Shown in pieces: positions 1 to 10,800 of a DNA stretch of 42,369 nucleotides. The DNA comes from a bacterium (GTDB lineage: Bacteria > Patescibacteriota > Microgenomatia > JAMCZE01). Location of the stretch: assembly GCA_021836035.1 (NCBI GenBank), contig JAKBJL010000001.1, positions 1 to 42,369 of the forward strand, given 5' to 3'. The first letter of the stretch is position 1; each line of letters begins with the position of its first letter. A program made the translations under genes and the position numbers. The notes below the pieces were generated by a model that was not told where the DNA came from, did not search any database, and saw nothing but the letters and a program-made list of their open reading frames with translations.

Positions 1-396
1 AATGTCGGCATCGGCACTACCGCCCCTGCCTCTCTTTTACACGTTGTGGGTGCTCCTGTCGGCAAAGCTTTAACTACCCTGAACTATACCGGTACCGATC
101 AGAATATTTTTGTTGCTTCCCAATCGGGACTTTTGAAATTTGCCCTTAACGGTATCGGTACTAATCCTACCGCTTCCGTTTCCGGGACTACCTCCTTTGC
201 TTCACTTCTGGTGGATAACACCACCGGAGATTTAATTACCGCCTCTTCTTCGGGGTTAACCAGATTTACGGTAACGCAAAACGGTCTGGTAAATATACCC
301 GGTTTAACCGCTTCTTCGGGAGTCTATACCGATGCTTCCAACAACCTGACCACTACCGTTCCCACTTCGGGGACTCTGGGTTTCTGGCAACGAAAC
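1..396 (+). repeat. Intragenic repeat A (also 2704-3099; first 200 bp also at 2107-2306)
   Basis: By-eye comparison: 1-396 matches 2704-3099 (offset 2703); 1-200 matches 2107-2306. Confidence 0.9.
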
Positions 397-3300
397 AGCG
401 GGGTTCTTGCTCCGGGCAACATTGCCGATTCCCTAATCATCGGAGCCACGGGAACGGGATCGGGACAGATGCAGATCTACGGCCTGAATGCTCTTAATCC
501 GGTTGCTTCCATCTCCGCCCGATCCTCCCAGGCAGCCATGGTCATCGATAACACCGTCGGGGATCTCTTTACCGCATCCAGTAGCGGTACCACCAGATTC
601 GTCATTACCCAAAACGGCAATATCGGCGTCGGAACTGCTGCTCCCAGCGCGGTTTTCCAGATTTCTTCCTCCGTTACCAGCAGTTTGTTTGACATTACCA
701 GTGCCGGTTCTTCCGTCTTTAACGTTTCCGATACCGCCTTTACAACTTCTTTACCGACCAGCTTTACCGCTCCGGGAGATGTCAGCATGGCCTACGATCT
801 TAACTTCAGCAATACTACTAACAGCAATATCTTCAGCGCCGGGCCGCTTTCCCTCTTTGCCGGACGTAACTACAATTCCGACAATTTAACGCTCGGAACT
901 TATAACTCGGGCAATGTTGTCGTTGATTCCCAGGCTTTGTTAACTTTGTATTCAGCCACGGTTTCCGGTCAACTCTTAGTCGGTACTTCTTCCGCCACGC
1001 CGAATATCGGAAACTTTTACTTAACTAATTCCTCCACCTTCGGTAAAGCTTTAGCGATCCTTAATCAAACGGAATCTGCCGATGTCTTTACCGCTTCGAC
1101 CTCGGGGACCACCAGGTTTACCATTGACGGCAGCGGTAACGTCGGCATCGGTACTATTGCCCCCACTTCCCTTTTACAGGTTAACGGTGCTCCGGCAGGT
1201 AATGCATTGACCGCACTAAATTATACGGGCGCAGATCAAAATATCTTTGTCGCTTCCCAGTCGGGGTTAATAAAGTTTGCCCTTAACGGCCTAGGCACTA
1301 ACTTTACAGCCTCTGTCGCCGGTACTACTTCCCAAGCAGCTCTCTTAGTCGACAACACTATCGGTGACCTCTTTACCGCCAGTAGTAGCGGCTTACCTCG
1401 TTTCGTTATAACCCAGAACGGGAACGTAGGGATTGGAACAACGAGTCCGGTATTTAATCTTGAAGTAATTGGGACTGGTCGGTATTCGGGACAACTTTAT
1501 GCAAATGGTGGGCTTAGAGTTAGTAATAATCTTTTCCTTGATGACGGAGGTTCTAAAACTACAAGGATAATGGCCTCTGGAGATGAGGACATCTTCATTG
1601 GCCCATATCCAACTGCCGGATATGTTACCAATATTAGAATTGGGAATACAGAAACCTCACCGTTTGTGTTCGTTAATACCACTGGCTCCGTCGGTATCGG
1701 TACGACCGGACCGTTAGCTACCCTTGACGTCCGCGGCAATTCCGGGATTGCCCCCGTGGCTTCCGTTTCCGGGACTACCTCCTTTGCCGGGCTGGTGGTC
1801 GATAATTCCGGCCTGGGAGATCTCTTTACCGCCTCTTCTTCCGGGACGCCCCGCTTTGTGATTACCCAAAATGGCAATGTGGGCATCGGGACGACAAATC
1901 CTAGTAAGCGTTTATATGTAAACGGTGATGTCCAAGCTGATGGGAATGCAACTTTTTGGAATGTTAATGCGGGAACGGGTGTTTACTCACCAACTCTTGG
2001 AACTAACACCGCTTATAATTCCAATACAACCATCTCCACTCAAACTGGTTATGACATAATATTAGGGAGCGGTGCAACTACCTACGCAACTATCAAAAGT
2101 GGTGGTAATGTCGGCATCGGCACTACCGCCCCTGCCTCTCTTTTACACGTTGTGGGTGCTCCTGTCGGCAAAGCTTTAACTACCCTGAACTATACCGGTA
2201 CCGATCAGAATATTTTTGTTGCTTCCCAATCGGGACTTTTGAAATTTGCCCTTAACGGTATCGGTACTAATCCTACCGCTTCCGTTTCCGGGACTACCTC
2301 CTTTGCCGGGCTGGTGGTCGATAATTCCGGCCTGGGAGATCTCTTTACCGCCTCTTCTTCCGGGACGCCCCGCTTTGTGATTACCCAAAATGGCAATGTG
2401 GGGATTGGGACAACAAGCCCTGGAGCGATACTTGATGTTTATGGTACGGCGCCTCAATTTAGAAGTGATAACTATACCTTGAAGTTCAATATGACAAATG
2501 GTGGGTTCGGAGAAGTTCCGGGAGGGCCATTTATTAGCCCGTCTGGAACTACTTCAAATTTGACTTTGGCTCCAACTGAAACTAGTACTGCAGGTATCAA
2601 ATTGGAACTGGCTTACTACAACAGTACGCAAGCTTATTCTGCACTAGAGGTTACCAATGTTGCTAGCGGATACAGTAATTTGTTGTTAATGAAATCTGGT
2701 GGCAATGTCGGCATCGGCACTACCGCCCCTGCCTCTCTTTTACACGTTGTGGGTGCTCCTGTCGGCAAAGCTTTAACTACCCTGAACTATACCGGTACCG
2801 ATCAGAATATTTTTGTTGCTTCCCAATCGGGACTTTTGAAATTTGCCCTTAACGGTATCGGTACTAATCCTACCGCTTCCGTTTCCGGGACTACCTCCTT
2901 TGCTTCACTTCTGGTGGATAACACCACCGGAGATTTAATTACCGCCTCTTCTTCGGGGTTAACCAGATTTACGGTAACGCAAAACGGTCTGGTAAATATA
3001 CCCGGTTTAACCGCTTCTTCGGGAGTCTATACCGATGCTTCCAACAACCTGACCACTACCGTTCCCACTTCGGGGACTCTGGGTTTCTGGCAACGAAACT
3101 CGACCACTCTCTCTCCGGCTACCCTGGGTGATTATGTAGGCATCGGAACCATCTCGCCGTTAGCCACCTTGGATGTCCGGGGGAACTTAGGAACGATTCC
3201 TGCCGCCTCCATTTCCGCTACTTCCAGTTTTGCAGGTCTCGTCGTTGGCAACACGATCGGCGATTTAATTACCGCTTCCGCTTCCGGAGTAACCAAATTT

Positions 3301-4407
3301 ACCGTCGCCCAAAACGGCGACGTAACGATCGTCGGTTCCGGAACGACCTGTTCTATCGGCAACGGCACCAGCGCGACCAACTGTACTTCCGATATCCGTT
3401 TGAAAAAAGATATTACGCCCCTGGGCGATTCTTTGAATTTGATTCTGGGGTTGAATCCGGTCAATTTTGCCTGGAAAGATAACCGCGACGGCGGTGCAAC
3501 CCACTCCGGCTTTATTGCCCAGGAAGTGCAGAAAGTTTTCCCCAACGTGGTCCACGAAGTCGGCACCACCGGTTACCTGGGAATTGATTATGCCAACTTA
3601 ATTGTCCCGACAATTAAAGCCCTCCAGGAAGAAGATCTTAAGACCGCTTCCCTCTCGGCCGACCTTTCCCTGGTTTTAAATAAACTGCCGACCATCCAGG
3701 ACCAGATCGCCTCGATTGCCGCGGAAATGTCCTCGGTTTCGGCCAGGCTGGCAAAAGTGGAACAATCGTCTGCTTCCGGTTATCAGCAATTGACCCAAGC
3801 TCAGGCCGGAGATCTATCAGCTTCAGGTTCTTCGGTTCTCAGTTCTTCAGTTTCCGGCGTCCTGACAACCGACCAACTAGCCGCGCAAGGTCTCTCTTTG
3901 CTCATGCAGGGTGAAACCCTAAACATCGCCACGCTCTCCGCTGAATTTGGAACTTTTAGCGATTCGTTAAGGGTCGTCGGTACTACCCAGCTTGCTAATA
4001 CCACCATCGGCGGGACACTTAACGTCGGTCTCGTCCACATTGACGATTTAAACGCCGACATAAGTAGCTTAAACGGCCTCTTAACATTTCAAAACGGATC
4101 AGTAACCGTCGATGCCGCGGGCAACATCAAGACTTCCGGAACAGTGAAAGCCAAAGCGGTCGAAGTGGAAACGGTTAAAGTTTTGGGCAGCAAATCCGCC
4201 GGCTCGGCGACTCTTAGCTCCGGCAACAGCGTTATTACCGTTTACGCCGACTCGGTTACCCCGACCTCCCGGGTAATGCTGACCCCGACAACCTTAACCG
4301 ACCGCATACTTACGGTAACGGAAAAAGGCGGGGGGTATTTCAAGGTCAGCGTGAAATCCCCCGACAGCCAGAATATCAATTTTGACTGGTTTATTGTCCA
4401 AAATTAA
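1..4407 (+). CDS. Giant repetitive fibre/adhesin-like surface protein (GNVGIGT repeats) with Peptidase_S74-type intramolecular chaperone, coiled coil and C-terminal beta domain; 5'-truncated by the window edge
   Basis: Frame is open from base 1 (AAT GTC GGC = NVG, mid-repeat), so the GTG at 46 is not the true start. Many GNVGIGTTxP repeats. SDIRLKKDI...GFIAQEVQKVFP...IDYANLIVPTIKALQE begins at 3388. Confidence 0.85.
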   Translation, partial: NVGIGTTAPASLLHVVGAPVGKALTTLNYTGTDQNIFVASQSGLLKFALNGIGTNPTASVSGTTSFASLLVDNTTGDLITASSSGLTRFTVTQNGLVNIPGLTASSGVYTDASNNLTTTVPTSGTLGFWQRNSGVLAPGNIADSLIIGATGTGSGQMQIYGLNALNPVASISARSSQAAMVIDNTVGDLFTASSSGTTRFVITQNGNIGVGTAAPSAVFQISSSVTSSLFDITSAGSSVFNVSDTAFTTSLPTSFTAPGDVSMAYDLNFSNTTNSNIFSAGPLSLFAGRNYNSDNLTLGTYNSGNVVVDSQALLTLYSATVSGQLLVGTSSATPNIGNFYLTNSSTFGKALAILNQTESADVFTASTSGTTRFTIDGSGNVGIGTIAPTSLLQVNGAPAGNALTALNYTGADQNIFVASQSGLIKFALNGLGTNFTASVAGTTSQAALLVDNTIGDLFTASSSGLPRFVITQNGNVGIGTTSPVFNLEVIGTGRYSGQLYANGGLRVSNNLFLDDGGSKTTRIMASGDEDIFIGPYPTAGYVTNIRIGNTETSPFVFVNTTGSVGIGTTGPLATLDVRGNSGIAPVASVSGTTSFAGLVVDNSGLGDLFTASSSGTPRFVITQNGNVGIGTTNPSKRLYVNGDVQADGNATFWNVNAGTGVYSPTLGTNTAYNSNTTISTQTGYDIILGSGATTYATIKSGGNVGIGTTAPASLLHVVGAPVGKALTTLNYTGTDQNIFVASQSGLLKFALNGIGTNPTASVSGTTSFAGLVVDNSGLGDLFTASSSGTPRFVITQNGNVGIGTTSPGAILDVYGTAPQFRSDNYTLKFNMTNGGFGEVPGGPFISPSGTTSNLTLAPTETSTAGIKLELAYYNSTQAYSALEVTNVASGYSNLLLMKSGGNVGIGTTAPASLLHVVGAPVGKALTTLNYTGTDQNIFVASQSGLLKFALNGIGTNPTASVSGTTSFASLLVDNTTGDLITASSSGLTRFTVTQNGLVNIPGLTASSGVYTDASNNLTTTVPTSGTLGFWQRNSTTLSPATLGDYVGIGTISPLATLDVRGNLGTIPAASISATSSFAGLVVGNTIGDLITASASGVTKFTVAQNGDVTIVGSGTTCSIGNGTSATNCTSDIRLKKDITPLGDSLNLILGLNPVNFAWKDNRDGGATHSGFIAQEVQKVFPNVVHEVGTTGYLGIDYANLIVPTIKALQEEDLKTASLSADLSLVLNKLPTIQDQIASIAAEMSSVSARLAKVEQSSASGYQQLTQAQAGDLSASGSSVLSSSVSGVLTTDQLAAQGLSLLMQGETLNIATLSAEFGTFSDSLRVVGTTQLANTTIGGTLNVGLVHIDDLNADISSLNGLLTFQNGSVTVDAAGNIKTSGTVKAKAVEVETVKVLGSKSAGSATLSSGNSVITVYADSVTPTSRVMLTPTTLTDRILTVTEKGGGYFKVSVKSPDSQNINFDWFIVQN
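1759..1883 (+). repeat. Intragenic repeat B (second copy 2278-2402)
   Basis: 125-bp match at offset 519. Confidence 0.9.
2107..2402 (+). repeat. Chimeric repeat A/B copy
   Basis: 2107-2306 matches repeat A and 2278-2402 matches repeat B; they overlap in a shared 29-bp motif. Confidence 0.85.
2704..3099 (+). repeat. Intragenic repeat A, full-length second copy
   Basis: Matches 1-396. Confidence 0.9.
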
Positions 4408-4428
4408 ATCAATTTACAATTATTTAAC

Positions 4429-4864
4429 TTTCAATTTTCAATTAATTTACCATGACGAAACTAGCAAACAAATACGATTCAGAGGAAAGAGCGGCCAGAT
4501 TCGGTGAAGAAATAATTACCTTTTGTAAAACTTCCCGGGGGGATGTGACTATCGGCACGGTAATCAACCAAATCATCCGTTCCGCAACCGGTATCAGGGC
4601 GAATCGCTGTGAAACCGGCGGGGCCGGTTCCAAAACCACTCCCAGAAATAAAAATTTTCTCCGCCGGAAGGAAGCTCGGGAAACCAAACATTGGCTAAGA
4701 GTGTTTGCCGCCTGTTACCCCGGGAAAAACGTACCCCTAGGAAACTTCTGGCCGGAAACCCGGAAATTCGTATTAATATTTCAAAAATTTCCAGCTCCCT
4801 TAAGGTTTGAAAATTGAGAGGATGAAACATTCAGTAAAAATTGAAAATTGGAAATTGAAAATTA
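4429..4864. repeat. Heptamer-periodic inverted repeat arms flanking the four-helix-bundle gene
   Basis: TTTCAATTTTCAATT (4429-4443) is complementary to AATTGAAAATTGGAA (4839-4853, 14/15). TCAATTTTCAA (4431-4441) is perfectly complementary to TTGAAAATTGA (4807-4817). Confidence 0.75.
4452..4817 (+). CDS. Four-helix-bundle protein (23S rRNA IVP / bAvd-like family), appears degenerate
   Basis: KYDSEERAARFGEEIITFCK...NQIIRSATGIRANRCE...KEARETKHWLR fits the family pattern (QxxRSxxSIGANYxE...KEARETxHWL) with several non-conservative changes. Confidence 0.8.
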   Translation: MTKLANKYDSEERAARFGEEIITFCKTSRGDVTIGTVINQIIRSATGIRANRCETGGAGSKTTPRNKNFLRRKEARETKHWLRVFAACYPGKNVPLGNFWPETRKFVLIFQKFPAPLRFEN

Positions 4865-7800
4865 TCAGGAGAATTACCCGCCGGTTACGGGTAATAATAC
4901 CGGCAATAGGAATGGCCGCTATCGCTGTGGCTATTCTCTGGTCCAAGTTAGCTTCCCCGGTCAAGGCTGTCCCCTGGCCAAGCCATATGAGCGATTGGGG
5001 TAAACGCAAACAAATTACCCTGGTAAACAACAGCGGCCAGACTTTAAATCCGAATACTACCTACCAGGTAAACATTGATACCAGGGGTCTTAGCAATATA
5101 CCTAATGATTTACAAAGAAACTGTGATGATTTAAGGGTAGTCTACCAGCCCTCTTCTACCCAGGCGGTAGAACTTTCCCGTTCTCTCGCCCTGGCTTCCG
5201 GAGCAAGCGACTGTTCCAACTCTTCCTCCACAATTGTTTCTTTTCCTTTACAGGCGGCGATAACCAACGGAAGCAGTGACGCTAACTATTATATCTACTA
5301 CTCCAACCACAACGCGGTTTCCCCTAACGGGACCAACGGTGAAGTAGGACCAGCCCTTTCAGCTTACGACACAACGCCCGGTGCGGCCAGTTTTGTCGCC
5401 CCCTTCAACGGCACAACCCAGGCTCTTGCCTCCGGCTCCGGTACCCCGACCACCGCCACCGGGGCGATCAGATACAGTGGAGGAAAGAGTGCGGTAAATT
5501 TTAGTACTAGTTTAATAGCTATTGGTATAAGAACAACCGGATTTAATGCTAATACCGGAACGCTTACAATTTGGGTCAACAATCGAGCAAACAATGAAGC
5601 TATATTAAGGGGATTATTTGGCCATACTAGTTCTAGTTCAAACAGAATTTATGTGTATAAGGATACGGACAACGTGCTCAAAGTAATATTAGGAGGAGGT
5701 AATATGATGACCACCTCCTGGGCTTTTGATACTAATACATGGCACCAGATTTCTCTAACTTGGAATAATGGCACCGCTTTCGCATATGTCGATGGGTCCC
5801 AGGTCGGTACCGTTTCATACTCCGACTTAACTGCTTTTGGTCCTACCGCCCAAATTGGTAATGACTTTTGTGGTCATGGATGGAACGGTCTAATTGCTGA
5901 AACGGCGATTTATAATAGAGCTCTTTCATCAACTGAAATTATATCTGCATATAATTCTTCTAAAAAGGGGACTCCGTTGGTTCGTAATTCTTCAATTGTT
6001 GGGCTTTATCATTTTGACGAAAATGGTAATGATCCTCGGTCAGCAAATACAGCTTATGATGATTCTGGTAACGGTAATAACGGCACTTGTTATAACGGTG
6101 GCTGGGTAGTTACTCCCTGTGTTTACATTTCCGGTTTAGTTGGCGTTGACGGAACAAAGGATAACGGTCTGGCCAATTCCCAAAGCTATGCTTCCCACCA
6201 GGGCGTCTTTATCGAAGAAGGCACGACCAACAAAATTACCAACCCTTCTTTTGAAAACTCCGCCTTTGATACCAATTGGTCTACTTCCTCGTCCACGATT
6301 GCCTCTGCCGGAACAATTGCCGATTCCACGGGCTTGGGTTTTCAAAACCATTTAATTTATGCCACCAATTCTGCCCAATGGTGGTTTTTCTATATTGATT
6401 CGGCCAGTCTTAATCAACTGAAAAGCAGGTATTCTACGGACTTGATTAACTGGAATTCAGGCACGACTTTGACTTTGGTTAACAACAGTGATGCAGATAA
6501 TCGGGATTTTTCCGTCGCCTATAAAAATATCAACAACACCGATGTTATTCAGGTTGGAACCTCCTATCGGCTCGCCAACGGGAATGTTCAACACTATCAT
6601 GTCCGCGGCACAATCAGCGGCCCAACTTTAACCTGGGGAACTGAATCTCAACTTTCACTGACTAACCCTGGAAGCTGGGGAAGTTATGTGGTACCTGACG
6701 GTCCGGCCACTATTTTTGATAGTAATAACTATATCTGGGACGCAACTGATTTCTGGTGCGAAAACGAAAGTAACTGCGCAGGCAGCAATACCGGAAATGC
6801 CTACATTGCCCGATCAACAAATGCCGACGCCGGTTCTTCCTGGACTGCCGGGTTTAACGCTAAAACTAGCTTAACCGGAGTAAATTATTTTATTCATAGT
6901 CGATTTTTAGCTTCCCTGGGCTCAGGCAACTTGATTCACCTTTTTGATAATGGTCAAAGCTCTAGCACTTTCACGAATATTGTTTCTTATAAATATACCG
7001 GAAGTTGGACAACCCCAGGAAATATTTTATTTGGAGATCTTTCTGTCGCCCAGGATACCCATGATTGGTCGGCAGTTGCCCGAACCGCTACCGATGTTCA
7101 CGTGGTTGTCCGGACCGGGGCCAACACCTTTTCCCACCGCCGCTATAACGGTAGCTCCTGGTCTGACGGGGCTTCGATTCCGGCTCAAAATACCAAAGCT
7201 GGCGCTGGCCTTTTTATGGCGACGGACGGAACTGACGTTTGGCTCTTCGCCATCGACTCAGACTCGGCCAACACCGTTCGTTATTCCCGCTGGTCTTCGG
7301 GATCAAATACCTGGAGTACCTGGTCGGCGCTGGAATCATCAACTCAAACACGAATTGCTCTGAGCGGTAACTCCCAAGTTACCAACAATACTATTGCGGT
7401 TATGTGGTCTCAGACCAACGGGTCGAATTATGATATCGTCTCGAAAGCGCTATCTACTTCTTCCGGTGAAACGGCAGTAAATACAACCTACCCTTACTAC
7501 AAATTCGGATCACAATCTGTTAAGATCGTGGCCCCTTCAGGTGCTGGCATAAATTACACCACCTCCATCAATCCCGGCGACACCAACACCCAGACTTTTT
7601 CCGCTTATGTTTATGACGGCACCACAGGAAACGTGGGCGGAACCGTTTCCTCCAGTATCGCTGAATTGATTTTCAACGACACGGCCGTTACCACAACCTA
7701 TGCCGACGCCGGAGGCGGCTGGTGGAGACTAACTTATTCTGCCGCCGGCGTCAATGCCGCCGGCAATTATGGCTTGGAGATCGAGGGCTCAAAAACTATC

Positions 7801-10800
7801 TACATCGACGGCGTCCAGCTGGAAGAAAAAGCCTACGCGACAACGTATGCCGACGGGAGTTTAGGAACAGGGTATGCCTGGACCGGAACGGCCAACAATT
7901 CCACAAGCACGAGAACAATGGCTACCCTGGAATATTCCTCGACAAGTAATATCAAAGATACCGTTGGCACAGTTAGCTTTTGGATAAAGCCAACTTATGC
8001 TTCTTCAAGTGAAATTATTGATAAGGTATTTTTAGCTCAGGGTAACGATAACTGGTTCGAAATTCAACTTAATACCGGTGCAAATGCCAACAGAATAGGC
8101 ATACAAGGACTTTCCTTTTCTTGGATGCAATTCAGTGCTACTTGGGCTGCAAATTCCTGGAACCATCTTGTATTAATATATACAAATGGATCAACTCCAC
8201 GGATCTATTTCAATGGCTCTGCACTGACCTGCACCTTAGATTGCTCTACGACCTATACTTCAACTGGCGTATTCGGCAATAGGATTGCTTTTCACGGATT
8301 TGATAATTCGGTGGTTTTGAGTAAAACCATGTCCGACCTTCGTATCTTTGATCGTGTTCTCACTGCCACCCAGGTTTCCCAACTCTACTATACCGGTCTT
8401 GGTAGTCACTCCGAAGCGGCCCCGGTTAACCGCTTTGCCAACGCCGAAGACCCGGTCGTCTACTATAAAATGGACGAAGGAACTGGAACGACTCTAAACA
8501 ACTCGGCACCCAATATTGAGACTAACGGGTCTAATTTGGCTAACTCCTCTTATACCGCCACCCTTTCCGGGACGGTTAACCTTCCCGCCTGGCAAACACC
8601 GGATATGTGCGTTTCCGGAGACTGTCTCTACTTTGAAGGCAGTAACGCCTATGCGGGTCTCAACAACTCGACTCCTTCTGCCATCCAATCCCTCTCCTTG
8701 TGGGCCAAACCGGCTTCCTCTTCCGGGACAATTCCTTTAATCTCCTTTTCCGGTTCCGCTAACGTTTCCCTCAGCGGGTCGACCTTACAGTCAACCGGCC
8801 TGAACTCCCCCACTTACTACGTTAACGGCAAGATCGGAACTACTTTGACCGCCAACCAATGGAACCATATCGAGATTACCCAGTCTTCTTCTATTACCCC
8901 TACCGCCCTTACTTTGGGAACTATCGATTCCGTCACCTTCTTTAAGGGATTTCTGGACGAAGTGAAGTTTTACAACTACGCCAGAAGTGCCGACCAGGTT
9001 AAAAACGACTACAACCGGGGAGCGACCAAGATCGGACAAACCTCCGCCGACCCCTTAAACAAGGGTTTAGTCGGTTACTGGAAGATGGACGAGGCTACCT
9101 GGAGCGGGCAGCTAAACGAAGTTAAAGACTCCTCCGGCAACGGCAACGACGGCACGGCCCAGGGAGCGACCGGAGGCAAAGCCTACCCCGGAGCAGGCAA
9201 ATTTGGCAACGGCGGGGTTTTTGACGGGGTGGATGATGGTGTTTTATTACCTAATGTGAAATATTCTACCTATGCTAATGATTTTTCAATTTGCATGTGG
9301 ATAAACCCAAAAAGTTACCCAGATCAAGCATTTCTACTTTCGTGGAACAATGGAAGCGTATCCCCTTATTACTCTTTATTGCTTCGATTAAGTTGGAATG
9401 GGACCATACAACTTCTCGCGTACGATGGAACCAATTATCGCTTTACGTCAGGTTCTGCCGTACCCCTGAACATATGGTCGCATGTCTGCACCACAGTTGC
9501 TCTCAATAAACAGGTGGCAATATATATAAATGCCGTAAGTAACACACCTCAATCAGCGGGAAACCATATAATAGCAGCTAATCCAAATGCTTATGACCAA
9601 ACTAATATTGGTTATTATCCTGGGCAGGGTGTAGGTGTAAAAACATCTCTTGACGAACTCCGTATCTATAACCGTGCCCTTTCCCCCGCCGAGGTCCGGC
9701 AACTCTACAACTTCGCCCCGGGGCCTGTGGGTTGGTGGAAGTTTGATGAAGGATCAGGAGTAACTGTTTCCGATTCTTCCGGCAACGGCAACACCGGAAC
9801 CTGGGCCGGAACCGGAAATCACTGGATAAATGGCAAATTCGGCAAAGCGGGAAGTTTTAATGGCGTAGATGATCAAGTTTCAATAACAGCTAACACTAAT
9901 AGCCCGTTTGATTTTACGACTGCTCTAACTTTTGAAGCTTGGGCAAATCCAAAAGCTGTCCCTTCAAACCGAAATACGATAATTAAAAAATATGGCTCAA
10001 ATGGTTATTCTTTAGATTCGTCCAGTTCTAACAATATCTTTAGATGTTATATGTCTGGTCTAACACCAACTGAATTAAGTGCCCCAAGTGCTATATCTCT
10101 TAATACCTGGACCCATATTACTTGTACTTATGATGGAGTGAGCCGGAAAATGTTTTTAAACGGTGTATTGGTTGCCAACGATTCCCCAACGGGAATCATG
10201 GATGTTAATAATACCCCCTTAGCTATTGGGAATAGTAGCGTTTACTCCGGACCAGGTTACGGATTTAATGGTTCCATTGACGACGTTAAAATCTATAACT
10301 ACGCCCGCACTCCTGACCAGATTGCCGAGGATATGGCCGGGCGGGCGGGATCGGTTTCTTTTGCTGGAGTTCAGGCCGGAAGCTCGGTAGAGATGGGCCA
10401 TTGGGCTTTCGACGAAGGTTACGGCACTGTCACCCATGACGCCAGCGGCCACGGAAATGACGGCACCATAACCGGCGCCGTCTGGAACCAGAACGGGAAA
10501 TTTGGGAAGGCATTGCAGTTTAACGGAAGCAGCAATTTTGTCAATATAGGTAACCAAACTAGTCTCCAATTAACTCATACTGGTACTGTTTCCGTTTGGT
10601 TAAATATTTCCGATAATCTCAATAATAGTCCGGCCTTTGTCTGCAAAGATAATTGGGACACTGACACAAACGGATATTGTCTAGCTTCGTGGGGCAATGG
10701 AGATATAATTGGCGAAATAGCCAATGGTAGCTTCTATAACCAAATTCACTCTACCAATAAAAATTATGCTGACCACAAATGGCACCATGTTGTTTTTACT

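Noticed and set aside
1-4407. Prophage tail-fibre region
   Set aside because: No capsid, terminase, integrase or other phage genes; the neighbours are signal-peptide-bearing cellular proteins.
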